Assembly (NCBI GenBank): GCA_015488755.1
Contig: WFNB01000025.1
Span: 745 to 64,744, forward strand
Origin: Gammaproteobacteria bacterium
GTDB taxonomy: Bacteria > Pseudomonadota > Gammaproteobacteria > GRL18
DNA: 64,000 nt
Reading direction: 5' to 3'
Part shown: one piece after another, positions 54,036-63,803 of the stretch
Layout of the letters: every line of letters starts with the position of its first letter
Position numbering within the stretch: the first letter of the stretch is position 1
Program-made: the position numbers and the translations under genes
Notes under the pieces: model-generated
What the model was told of the DNA's origin: nothing
The model's database searches: none
Seen by the model: the letters and a program-made list of their open reading frames with translations, nothing else

Positions 54036-55751
54036 TCACCTCACAAGAGGTTTTCTAATTCCAGTTTTCTGTTCAGGCTTAATGGTTTCAAAAACAGCTG
54101 ACATTGGTTTGATATTTGCGTCACGACCATAGATATAGCTTTGTTCGCCGACCATCACCTTGTAGGCTTTATTGAGCTGTAGAGCGCGGGAGCGGCTCGG
54201 AAGCAACAGCACAGAAATATCATTATGCAGTTTTTGCAGCATTGAAGGTTTAATGTTTCCGTTTTGATCAAAGAACTTATCAATCACTTCTTGGTTATTC
54301 CTAAATTCATTACCCGAATGATTATTTTTTAAATAAAAGCTGTATTCATACTGCTCGTCTATATTTTTATATTTGACTCGTGGCTCTTTTATACCCGCCA
54401 GTCCTTTTTGTGACCAGTGATTCCAACCGTAATCCGTTTTGCTTTTAGCTATTCCTTCAAGCTTTCGTGGGAAGGTGAATATCGAGTCCGTGGTTGCGCC
54501 CAGATGAGAATGGCAACCCATGCAGGCAATGGTTTCTTCATGGGTTTGGGGGCGAAGATCACCTTTTTTATCTTCAATAAAGCCCTGATAAACCCAGCCT
54601 ATTTCATTTTTTAGCCCTGCTTCATAGTCGCCACGGAAAACCGACAGTTGTGCTTCGTTGCTATCCAGTGACTGCATTTCCCATTGTTCTGCAAGTGCGA
54701 CACGCTCCAGCTCGCTATAGGTGCTCCAGGCGTATTTTTTTGCATAGCGCAATTCTTTCATACGCGCAGATATCTGGACGCTGTCGCTTGTATCATTCCA
54801 GTCCAAGTAACGTACCGAATGCAGAAACTCAGTATTTTCAGGGAATAGTCCTTTCGCAAGATGGATTTCCTGACGGTTAAGTTTTCCTTTTGCTCGCCCG
54901 ACATAGCTTTTGACGCTCGGCAAGATACGACTTGTGCTTGTCAACACGCCATCGCCGTTCAAATCTACGCCATACAGGTTTTCATCAATGGCTTCTGGTA
55001 ACTGGATGCTTGCATCTTTGACAATGGCTTCAACAATCGCAAGATTAAGTTTGTAAACCAGCAGATTGAAATCACCACTGGGGTCTTCCCTAAACGGCCT
55101 GTCAAGCCGGATTAGGACATCGTCGGTGGATCCATTGGTTGGCCAGAAAGTCCCCAAAAATGGCGTATAACGAAACGCCCGCCAGCCGGTGTAGTCGTTA
55201 TTTTTATCATGATCAAAGCCTTCGTCATCAAAATTAAAATAACTATCCGGCCGGTATCCTTTCCAGCTTTCTGGCAAAGCTTTGTCTAAAGCAATCGCGC
55301 CTTCCCCGTCAAAATAATTTGATTGTCGTACATACTCCAGAATGACCGCATTACTGATGGCGGCAACTGCAATTCTTCTATCTTTAAATAGATTTGTAAA
55401 CGGATTTGTGCGCACCTCCAGCGGGAAGTTATACTCCATCTGCAAAGCGGTGTCGTTATAGAAGTTGGGGACTTTTCCATTGGTATGACAACTGTAACAG
55501 GGATTAAATGTTTCAGCCGTGATGCTATCTTGTGTTTTGGTATAACACATCGAGGTGATATACACACCGCGTGTATTTTTGATGTCATTATAAGAAATCA
55601 CATTTTCTTTTTCCTGCCTGTTGATGTAGCGACTTTTAACCGTATCGCTATCATTAGAACCGCCGCCACAAGCAAAGATCAAAAAAGATAACGGTGCAAT
55701 GATCGCTGTACAAAAGAGAAGTTTTATATTCACTTGATGATCCTTAAGCAT
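54036..55751 (-). CDS. Lipoprotein of unknown function with two CxxCH heme-c binding motifs
   Basis: Lipobox LIFACGGG. CYSCH near the N-terminus and CMGCH about 315 residues later. I recognise no other family signature. Confidence 0.6.
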   Translation of the reverse strand: MLKDHQVNIKLLFCTAIIAPLSFLIFACGGGSNDSDTVKSRYINRQEKENVISYNDIKNTRGVYITSMCYTKTQDSITAETFNPCYSCHTNGKVPNFYNDTALQMEYNFPLEVRTNPFTNLFKDRRIAVAAISNAVILEYVRQSNYFDGEGAIALDKALPESWKGYRPDSYFNFDDEGFDHDKNNDYTGWRAFRYTPFLGTFWPTNGSTDDVLIRLDRPFREDPSGDFNLLVYKLNLAIVEAIVKDASIQLPEAIDENLYGVDLNGDGVLTSTSRILPSVKSYVGRAKGKLNRQEIHLAKGLFPENTEFLHSVRYLDWNDTSDSVQISARMKELRYAKKYAWSTYSELERVALAEQWEMQSLDSNEAQLSVFRGDYEAGLKNEIGWVYQGFIEDKKGDLRPQTHEETIACMGCHSHLGATTDSIFTFPRKLEGIAKSKTDYGWNHWSQKGLAGIKEPRVKYKNIDEQYEYSFYLKNNHSGNEFRNNQEVIDKFFDQNGNIKPSMLQKLHNDISVLLLPSRSRALQLNKAYKVMVGEQSYIYGRDANIKPMSAVFETIKPEQKTGIRKPLVR

Positions 55752-55876
55752 GTAACATCATTATTTATTGTTTGAGTTGCGTATAAAAAATACCCGAGTA
55801 GCATTTTAGCCAAACGGGTGTTTATTTTTTCCCGAGAATCTGTCCAAGAACATCTTCCCAGTTTATATGTATGCTA

Positions 55877-57751
55877 TTATTTAAAAATATCCGTAGGCAT
55901 ACCGTCGATGTAACCAATCACCGCTCTAAGATCTTCGTTCGTTGCCGCTTCAATCAATGCGCTGTTAGGCTTTTCCCCTACTGCATTTTTTGGGTTGTCC
56001 TTGAAAGGATGTTGTTGGTTAATCAGAAGAATGGGTTTTCCACCTACGGTACCGGTATCAACGCCAGTCACTTCTGCACCGATAGGCAACGAAGCAATTC
56101 TGACTTTTTTATTGGTTTTGGTGTTATACGCCCAAGTCATATTATTGACATGCTTTGTTGTATCTTCGCTGATCAACAAGGTATTGTGCCCAATATAGGT
56201 GATATTGTCTGGGTTAGAAATATCGTCTGGATGACATGTCCACTCATCGGCGTATTCGTCACCCTCCTTAAGTGGTTTGCCAATGACCAGAGCTTTCATC
56301 TTGTTACCGCTATAATTTGAATCAAGCGTAACTTCATAGACACCACCACAAGAGTTTTTGGGAAGCTTAATATCATTTGCGCCGACTTCCTTGCCCTTAT
56401 AGTTATCTTCCATGCTTTTTTCGATGGCGCTAATCGCTACATAAAGCACATTCTTGTCCTTGTTGTAGGTTAGGCCTTCTTCTTTTCTGAATTCAATAGT
56501 GGCGCCTTGGTAGGCAGCATACTTACGCGTTTCTAGGAAAGCCGCCGCTTTCTCTTTACCGGGTTTTAATTTAAGGCATTCAACCTTGCTGTCTTCGAAT
56601 ATTTTTTTGAATCCTGCTGTCGAACAGGTATTGTCATCGGTAGTCGCCTTGATATCAAAAATATCGGTCAGTTTCATTTCGGCATCTATCATGGCCTTGA
56701 TATCACTGTCTTTTGCATGACCTAGCTCTATCCAGAATAAATCAAAACTGCCACCATTAGCTGAGGATGTTTGGTTCACTTTAGCTGAATAGAGCGTACC
56801 TTCCCATTCCGTCTTGAAGTTATTAATTTTGTTGTCCGAAACAAATTTCCAGAACCCTTTTGCGGTGCCATCATCTGACATGTAAACCGTTTTTCCATCT
56901 GGCATCATGGTGGCTAATTCAGGTGTATAACGGCCTGTAACATAATGTTTAGTACTTTTGGTTGACCCGTCTGCCTGGGGTTGTGCTTCAACAATAAATC
57001 CGTAGTTATAAGGCCTGAAAGAAATTCCATTATAACCATTGTTTTTATCAATTGTGTTGTCCTGGAGGTATTTGGACATGCCCGCTACATAACGGCAAAA
57101 ATAGCTACCATCAGCATCATCGGCTGTCAGATTGTCGCAATCCTTGTAAAATGGAGAACTTAAATCGGCATAGCGACTATTCAGGGAATAGTTTTCTTCG
57201 CCACCCAGATGGCTTCCATAAGTGGTTTTTGTACTGGCGCAGTTAATGATTGTGCCGCCAATCGCTGCCAAGTCAACCGGCTTTGTCTCTACTGCCTTGA
57301 CCTCGCCATTCACCAGTTTCAGTTCAGTATGATAAAGTTCACCCGGTCTTTCTTCCATATGCGTAATCAGGTAATCCTTGCCAACGACATGTATCAACGA
57401 GTTGCCGTCAGGGCCATCTGAAATATCCTGAGAACCGTCGGATTTTATCAACGCGTTACCTAAAATGTCCGTCATCAAACCTATTTTCCCTGAGCCGATA
57501 GTATCACCCATCTTAGCCAGTACCTTGTAGCTCAAAGCATAATCCTGAGTCGAACTATCATCAAATAATACGGTCAATTTTGGTGAAACACGCATCTTTG
57601 TTTTTTCTGTATTGTTTTTTGCGATTGCCAGTGGTGTGAAACTCAAATCTGTGATTGATTTGGGTACCGCATCATTGGATGAACTATTGCATCCGGCACT
57701 TGTTAGACTAATGGCCGTTATGACGGCCAATGAAAGAGATTTTGTATACAT
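55877..57751 (-). CDS. phoX: PhoX-family (DUF839) alkaline phosphatase-like lipoprotein
   Basis: NCASTKTTYGSHLGGEEN, YNYGFIVEAQP, VYMSDDGT, NPDNITY...LISEDT and LLINQQHP blocks parallel PhoX signatures. The lipobox LTSAGC replaces the usual Tat signal. Confidence 0.8.
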   Translation of the reverse strand: MYTKSLSLAVITAISLTSAGCNSSSNDAVPKSITDLSFTPLAIAKNNTEKTKMRVSPKLTVLFDDSSTQDYALSYKVLAKMGDTIGSGKIGLMTDILGNALIKSDGSQDISDGPDGNSLIHVVGKDYLITHMEERPGELYHTELKLVNGEVKAVETKPVDLAAIGGTIINCASTKTTYGSHLGGEENYSLNSRYADLSSPFYKDCDNLTADDADGSYFCRYVAGMSKYLQDNTIDKNNGYNGISFRPYNYGFIVEAQPQADGSTKSTKHYVTGRYTPELATMMPDGKTVYMSDDGTAKGFWKFVSDNKINNFKTEWEGTLYSAKVNQTSSANGGSFDLFWIELGHAKDSDIKAMIDAEMKLTDIFDIKATTDDNTCSTAGFKKIFEDSKVECLKLKPGKEKAAAFLETRKYAAYQGATIEFRKEEGLTYNKDKNVLYVAISAIEKSMEDNYKGKEVGANDIKLPKNSCGGVYEVTLDSNYSGNKMKALVIGKPLKEGDEYADEWTCHPDDISNPDNITYIGHNTLLISEDTTKHVNNMTWAYNTKTNKKVRIASLPIGAEVTGVDTGTVGGKPILLINQQHPFKDNPKNAVGEKPNSALIEAATNEDLRAVIGYIDGMPTDIFK

Positions 57752-57825
57752 GGTTACCTTCCTTAATTTATACTCATTAATTGATATTATCCTGCTACTT
57801 ATAAATCACAATGTATTGAGTAAAT

Positions 57826-57843
57826 ATGACAGGGTCATGACAA
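57826..57843 (-). promoter_or_regulatory. Pho box (PhoB binding site) upstream of the PhoX-like gene
   Basis: Minus strand reads TTGTCAT-GACC-CTGTCAT: 13 of 14 heptamer positions match CTGTCAT-N4-CTGTCAT. It lies 74 nt upstream of the ATG. Confidence 0.65.
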
Positions 57844-58327
57844 CGATGCTAAAAATTAAAAGAGACCTTTACATTAATTTGACTTTCATCGCCCCATAAA
57901 AATATTTAAAAAATGAAATAAGTTAAAAAAAGCTTGGTACTGATCCCCCAATTTGATCATAGACTTATCTTTGAGTATATAAGAGGTCATCTTATTAAAT
58001 TAAGCATTCAGATCACCTAGGATTAATCACTGGATTTTGTTATGAAATTAGTCTCGTTGATTACATAAATCAACAGTTTTTCAATCAATCACCGAACAAA
58101 CCAATGACTTATTGCCATTGCCTACTGGCCATGATACAAGCTTTAGCGTAACCTCATTTATACGGGGCTAATCAGGGTAAAAGACTTGGCTGCTTTTGTA
58201 GGAATGAGAAAGGCACTGGCTATATTAAATAACGTACAAAAAGATACAATCTGCATACTAAGTCCTTACAGAAATAATAAATAAATTTAGTAAAGTAGAA
58301 TTATTATTGTTTTAGGAGTGACTCACA

Positions 58328-58561
58328 ATGACCTCACTAGAGAAAACAGGCCTGTTACTTGTACAAAAAAAGAATACTCTGCCAACTTCAGGCTTTGAAA
58401 GAATACCGATTAGAAGATTGCAAGATGCTGTAGACTTTATTATTCACTACAATCCAAAGATTGTCATGGTGGGTAGTTCAATGACTGATTTAGAGCTAGC
58501 CAAATTAAAAATGGCGGTATGTCCATGGTTCTCTGGAAAGATTTTAAAAAATGATGAATAA
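58328..58561 (+). CDS. Small hypothetical protein overlapping the response-regulator start
   Basis: AGGAG 7 nt upstream of the ATG. The 3' end overlaps the next gene by 11 nt. Faint receiver-like beta-alpha pattern without acidic pocket residues. Confidence 0.4.
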   Translation: MTSLEKTGLLLVQKKNTLPTSGFERIPIRRLQDAVDFIIHYNPKIVMVGSSMTDLELAKLKMAVCPWFSGKILKNDE

Positions 58562-59267
58562 TAAAATTGAACAAAAACATCTTTTTCTAGTTGAAGATGA
58601 TCAGCGTCTGGCCGACTTAGTTCAAGAGTATATGGAGAAACAAGGTTTCCTTGTTTCTCATGAGATTCGTGGTGATTTGGCTGTTGATAGGATTGTTGAA
58701 GCACAACCTGATATTGTTATTCTTGACTTAATGCTGCCAGGTCTGGATGGGTTGGAAGTGTATAAAAAAATTCAACCTCATTTTAAAGGCGGAGTATTAA
58801 TGTTAACCGCAAAGGATGATGATATCGATCAGATCCTCGGGCTTGAGTTAGGTGCTGATGATTATGTGATTAAACCTGTGCAGCCACGAGTGCTATTGGC
58901 TAGAATTCATGCCCTATTGCGCCGATATTATGGCTCACCAGATGAACCCAATGTCAAACGAAGCTTCGAGGTGGGAGGTTTGTCCATTAATCAAGCTGCA
59001 CGACAGGTAACACTTTCTGGTTTAGAAGTTGATTTAACGACTAATGAATTTGAGCTTCTTTGTTTTTTGGCAAACTCTGCAGGAAAAGTGATCAGCCGTG
59101 ATCAAATTCTTCATGCAGTCAGGGGAATTGAATATGATGGTTTGGATCGTTGGGTAGATATTCGTATTTCACGTTTGAGAAAAAAACTAAATGATTCTTC
59201 TGAACACCCACAAAAAATTAAAACTGTATGGGGTAAGGGTTACCTGTTTGTAAAGGATGCCTGGTAA
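58551..59267 (+). CDS. OmpR-family response regulator (RstA-like)
   Basis: REC (LFLVEDD, IVILDLMLPGLDG, TAKDD) plus winged-helix output (TNEFELLCFLA, VWGKGY). Confidence 0.9.
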   Translation: MMNNKIEQKHLFLVEDDQRLADLVQEYMEKQGFLVSHEIRGDLAVDRIVEAQPDIVILDLMLPGLDGLEVYKKIQPHFKGGVLMLTAKDDDIDQILGLELGADDYVIKPVQPRVLLARIHALLRRYYGSPDEPNVKRSFEVGGLSINQAARQVTLSGLEVDLTTNEFELLCFLANSAGKVISRDQILHAVRGIEYDGLDRWVDIRISRLRKKLNDSSEHPQKIKTVWGKGYLFVKDAW

Positions 59268-60877
59268 TGCTCAGGATATTTTTACCACTTTATCTCATAC
59301 TCATTCTTTTTGCAGTTATTTTTATCAGTGCAGTCAATTTTTTACCGACAATTTATTTACATTCAGCATTATTTGACTATGAAGATCAAATAACAAAAGG
59401 AACATTTTATCTTATTGAGGAAAAACTTAAGGGACTCAACTATCAACAACAGGTACAGGTTGTTGATGGATTACAGGATGAATTTGGTTATCCATTACAT
59501 CTACTCAAGCCAGGTGATCCTTTAATTGATACAAAAAACTGGAAAATAATTTTATCTGGAGAGTCAATACAATTAGATATTGATGATGCTAATTATAATA
59601 TCAAAAAAATTCCTGATTCTGATACAGTCATTGCAATTGCATTTTCTGAAAGTAATGCTGAAAATGCTCATAAACAAGCATTGGGCACATTTAATTTAAT
59701 TAAACAAAAATTGTTTGCTCAGTCCAGAGAAAAATGGCCAGATATTATTCATAAACTACAACCTTATTTTGGTTTCCCTATTAATTTAATAGAAAATGAA
59801 ATGCTGAGTGGTGAGTTATTAAGTGTCTTGGCAAATGATAAGGAGCTAAATCAGCGATTTGACAAAGGGAAAATAATATACATAGATGGCAGTGATTATG
59901 AATACTATATACAAAAACTAAAAGAATATCCTTATATTCTACAGGCAGGACCGATTAAACCTCCTATTGCCGTTATTATTTCTTTTCTTGTAGGATTATT
60001 TATATTATTTTTTCTAGGTCTGGCATTTACTCTTTTCTTATGGATTCGTCCTTTATGGATATCAATCAATGAATTAACGTGTGCATCAAATAATTTTGGT
60101 CAGGGTAAACTAGAATCTCGTGCAAGTGTGAAACCTCGTGCAGCATTGGGCAATCTTTCAAGTCAGTTTAATGCAATGGCAGAACGAATAAGTCGTTTAA
60201 TAACAGGACATCGTGACCTCACAAATGCTGTTTCCCATGAACTACGCACCCCTATTGCTCGAATGCGTTTTGGACTTGAAATGTTGGAAAGGACTGGTGA
60301 AATAACGGATGAAAAAGCAAAACAACGCTATTTAGATGGACTCAATGTAGACGTTAATGATTTAGAAGAACTGGTCAATGAACTGCTGCATTATGCACGT
60401 TTTGAGCAAGTCAGATCATTGCCAGATTTAGAAACAATTGAAGTACTCCCCTGGCTAGAAGGTCTTATTGAACATGCGAGGGGATATGCCGCTAACCTTG
60501 AGATACATTGCATTAATAATAATGTACCCGTAGCACTTAAAATACGATATTCCCCTCATTATTTGGCCAGGGTAATCCATAATTTACTGCGTAATGCCTG
60601 CAAGTATAGTCAGCATGAAATCAATATTATTATAGAATTGACAGAAAAAGACATTTTGATTCATATTGATGATGATGGTGTCGGTATACTTAAACAAGAT
60701 CGTCAGCGTATTTTTGAGCCTTTTTCACGGCTCGATGAAAGCCGAAGCCGCCTGAGTGGTGGTCATGGTTTAGGGTTGGCAATTGCCAAAAGGATTATGG
60801 ACACGCATAACGGCTGCATTGCTATTGATGACTCTTCGCTTGGCGGTGCCCGCTTTACAATTTCCTTACCAAAATAA
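59267..60877 (+). CDS. Sensor histidine kinase (RstB-like) with about 200-aa periplasmic domain
   Basis: Two TM helices, HAMP, SHELRTPIARM H-box, and N / G1 / G2 boxes (NLLRNACKY, DDDGVG, GGHGLGLAI). Confidence 0.9.
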   Translation: MLRIFLPLYLILILFAVIFISAVNFLPTIYLHSALFDYEDQITKGTFYLIEEKLKGLNYQQQVQVVDGLQDEFGYPLHLLKPGDPLIDTKNWKIILSGESIQLDIDDANYNIKKIPDSDTVIAIAFSESNAENAHKQALGTFNLIKQKLFAQSREKWPDIIHKLQPYFGFPINLIENEMLSGELLSVLANDKELNQRFDKGKIIYIDGSDYEYYIQKLKEYPYILQAGPIKPPIAVIISFLVGLFILFFLGLAFTLFLWIRPLWISINELTCASNNFGQGKLESRASVKPRAALGNLSSQFNAMAERISRLITGHRDLTNAVSHELRTPIARMRFGLEMLERTGEITDEKAKQRYLDGLNVDVNDLEELVNELLHYARFEQVRSLPDLETIEVLPWLEGLIEHARGYAANLEIHCINNNVPVALKIRYSPHYLARVIHNLLRNACKYSQHEINIIIELTEKDILIHIDDDGVGILKQDRQRIFEPFSRLDESRSRLSGGHGLGLAIAKRIMDTHNGCIAIDDSSLGGARFTISLPK

Positions 60878-60987
60878 CAATCATTGACTTCATACAATTT
60901 GATACAAATCTAAACAACTTGTTTGTATATTTGAAATCACGTTACCAGTTACTATGTGTTTTTTACATCTTTAATTGAGAGAATACA

Positions 60988-61335
60988 ATGAAAATTTTAA
61001 CTATAGTAATAACAGTCGGAATTATTTTTTTGCAAGGCTGTGCAACTAAAAATTATGGTCGCCAAGGTATATTATCATCCTATGAACAGGAGAGCATGAC
61101 CTGTAGAGAAGTTGAGCTTGAGTTGGCAAAAATGCGAGGTTTTATTAAATATGTTAACAAAGAAAGTGAATTCAGTGGGAAAGATGTATTGGCTATTTTA
61201 GGCGATCTCGGAGTCGGTAATTATATGGAAAAAAATGATGCTATTGAAAGTGCAGACAATCGAATGGCAGCATTAAATGCTCTAAAAGAACGCAAACAAT
61301 GCCCTAAAAATCTTTCTCAACAAAAATCGCAATAA
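60988..61335 (+). CDS. Small lipoprotein, unknown function
   Basis: Signal peptide with lipobox FLQGC. GAGAG RBS-like run upstream. Confidence 0.55.
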   Translation: MKILTIVITVGIIFLQGCATKNYGRQGILSSYEQESMTCREVELELAKMRGFIKYVNKESEFSGKDVLAILGDLGVGNYMEKNDAIESADNRMAALNALKERKQCPKNLSQQKSQ

Positions 61336-61436
61336 TATCTGCTCTAGCATTTTCTAGTGATGAATTTTGAGAGCAAGATAATTACAGCCACAAAACTCAT
61401 GAATCACATAGGCTTATTTTATATAAAGGAAAAATT

Positions 61437-61745
61437 ATGAATAAAAATAATATAACAATAGTTTTAGCTATTTTCTTTACTGGAATATTTGGTGGGTGTA
61501 CAGCTCTCATTCCAGATAGTATGATAACCTCTGCTCATCAAGATATGGATCTAAATCATGATGGATATATTGACTATAACGAATATCTAAAGAGTGGTTC
61601 AAATGAAGATGTTGCAGAGGAAGCAAAAGAGAAAGGAATGACAGTGGAAGAGTATCAAAAATGGGACTTTGAACGAGCCGATGCAGATAGGAATGGAAAA
61701 GTCACAGCACAGGAACTAATTGATTTATTTCGGAGGGAATCCTAA
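61437..61745 (+). CDS. EF-hand calcium-binding lipoprotein
   Basis: Lipobox-like FGGC. Two canonical EF-hand loops, DLNHDGYIDYNE and DADRNGKVTAQE. Confidence 0.7.
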   Translation: MNKNNITIVLAIFFTGIFGGCTALIPDSMITSAHQDMDLNHDGYIDYNEYLKSGSNEDVAEEAKEKGMTVEEYQKWDFERADADRNGKVTAQELIDLFRRES

Positions 61746-62092
61746 GTTTCCTTCTAACGCTTAAGTTAACAATTATGCATATATGTTGCTTAGTTTTAGC
61801 CGTTTAGTAAGTTCAAAATAAATGCGATAAATGGGGCTTGCTTTACAATTTCCTGGCCAAGACAATAGCTATAATCCACGGTGTACATTTTAATACAGAC
61901 TACGCATAGTTTTAGTCAAGGTATATTGTAAACTATTAGTTCAATCTTACATTAAGTAGAAGGGTATTTATCCATGAACTCAATTTCCCACAGGGATTAT
62001 TTTTTAATTTTGACCCTCCCCCTCTAATCACATAAAGTTTTTTATACTCAATAAATATTTCATTTAATCAATAAACTAGAGGCTGGAGTAGA

Positions 62093-62458
62093 ATGATGCG
62101 CATACTATCAGTTGATGATGAACCAATCAACCAGCTTGTCATTAAAGAGTTTCTCAATAAATTATATGAGCTGAGTTTTGTTGATAGTGGTGAAAACTGT
62201 CTAAAATACTTATGTTTGATGAATCCTGATATTATTTTAATGGATATCTGTCTGCCCGGAATAAATGGTTTGGAAACCAGTAAAAAAATAAGGAACACAT
62301 CTGGCTTTGATAAAACACCGATTATTTTTTTATCCACACTAGAACAGTCTGCTTGTCAACTGAAAATTCAACAAGTCAATGGCCATTATATGTCAAAACC
62401 ATTTAATAAAGAGCTCTTGATTGAGCTTATCAATACAGCTTCTCTTTTTAAAAAGTAA
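62093..62458 (+). CDS. Single-domain (CheY-like) response regulator
   Basis: ILSVDDE, IILMDICLPGING and a MSKPF conserved Lys block. GGAG RBS. Confidence 0.8.
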   Translation: MMRILSVDDEPINQLVIKEFLNKLYELSFVDSGENCLKYLCLMNPDIILMDICLPGINGLETSKKIRNTSGFDKTPIIFLSTLEQSACQLKIQQVNGHYMSKPFNKELLIELINTASLFKK

Positions 62459-62635
62459 TAATTAAATCAATAAGGTTATATTGTGCGGGCAGAAAGCAAC
62501 AGTCTGAGCAATTGCTTCAACGTGGACTACTTTAGGAACCTGAGATGAAAAAGCATGTGTACTACTGACAATCGGTAAACTCTATTATCTCTCTTTTAAA
62601 GTATGAATATTAATTAATCCTTTTGAGGAATGCTT

Positions 62636-63574
62636 ATGAAAGCGGTTATCTGCACAAAATATGGTGCACCAGATGTTCTTCAGCTCCAAAATATTGCAAA
62701 ACCTATACCTGGAGACAATGAAGTATTGATAATCATTCATGCAACAACTGTGCATATAGGTGATGTCAAAATTCGAAGTTTCAAACCTGGTATGGGTCTT
62801 TTCCAAGACTTGTTAGTCAAACCCATTATGCGAATTATGATTGGCTTTAGAGGTCCAAGAAAAAAAATACTTGGAATGGATTTAGCTGGGGAAATTGAGT
62901 CAATAGGTAAAAATGTTACTTTGTTTAAACAGGGTGATAAGGTCTTTGCTTCATCTGAGTTTCATTTTGGGGCCTATGCTGAATATATATGTTTGCCTGA
63001 AAATGGCTTGATAGCACCTCTACCAGAAAATATAACCTATGAAGAAGCTGCTCCCATTCCCAATGGCGCCATGACTGCATTACTTTTTCTTAACAAAGGA
63101 GGTATCCAAAAGGGTCAAAAGGTGCTTATCTATGGAGCATCTGGAAGTGTCGGTACTTTTGCGGTGCAGTTAGCTAAATATTTTGATACAAAGGTTACTG
63201 GAGTGTGCAGTACCGCGAATATTGATATGCTGAAGTCGCTAGGTGCTGATAAAATAATTGATTATACTCAAGAAGATTTTACAAAGAAAAATGAGACTTA
63301 TGACATTGTTTTTGATGCCGTAGGTAAACTTAGCTCTTCACGATGTAATAAATCCTTGAAACAAAATGGGGTGTACCTGAACGTCCTAAGTCCATCTGGT
63401 TTAAAATTGAAACCTAAAGATTTACTCTTTCTCAAAAAGTTGGTGGAATCCAATAAATTAAGGGCGGTAATCGATAAAACCTATAAGTTGGAACAAATTG
63501 TTGAGGCACATAAATATGTTGAAAAAGGTCACAAAAAAGGAAATGTAGTTATAATAGTAAAGCATAATCACTAA
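62636..63574 (+). CDS. NAD(P)-dependent MDR-superfamily oxidoreductase (quinone oxidoreductase / alcohol dehydrogenase-like)
   Basis: [16 protein letters not shown]-terminus and [15 protein letters not shown] Rossmann motif. Start set to ATG 62636. Confidence 0.85.
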   Translation: MKAVICTKYGAPDVLQLQNIAKPIPGDNEVLIIIHATTVHIGDVKIRSFKPGMGLFQDLLVKPIMRIMIGFRGPRKKILGMDLAGEIESIGKNVTLFKQGDKVFASSEFHFGAYAEYICLPENGLIAPLPENITYEEAAPIPNGAMTALLFLNKGGIQKGQKVLIYGASGSVGTFAVQLAKYFDTKVTGVCSTANIDMLKSLGADKIIDYTQEDFTKKNETYDIVFDAVGKLSSSRCNKSLKQNGVYLNVLSPSGLKLKPKDLLFLKKLVESNKLRAVIDKTYKLEQIVEAHKYVEKGHKKGNVVIIVKHNH

Positions 63575-63582
63575 AACCAAAT

Positions 63583-63712
63583 TCACATTGCTTTAATAAA
63601 TAATGAAACAATTTTGCCTGCTGACTCAATTTTCCCAGCTAACCCCATTCTGAGTATTTTCTTAGCATCTAAAATTAGGTGATCCGTATTTTGTACAAAT
63701 AACTGCTTTCAT
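63583..63712 (-). pseudogene. Decayed fragment of a paralogous MDR oxidoreductase gene
   Basis: Minus strand reads [16 protein letters not shown]-stop, then MGLAGKIESAGKIVSLF. These match residues about 3-21 and 82-103 of the intact neighbour ([15 protein letters not shown]..., [18 protein letters not shown]), with an in-frame stop and an internal deletion. Confidence 0.6.
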
Positions 63713-63803
63713 AAGTGTTCCTTCAATCGTAACTGAGTTCAACATAGAATATTGTTTTCTTTGAACTGATAAACTTAACGTTTACATGATAGCCGTCTGC
63801 AAG

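Noticed and set aside
57612-57899. 95-aa plus-strand ORF in the PhoX upstream region
   Set aside because: It overlaps the PhoX start and the Pho box, has no RBS, and has hydrophobic low-complexity content typical of AT-rich non-coding DNA.
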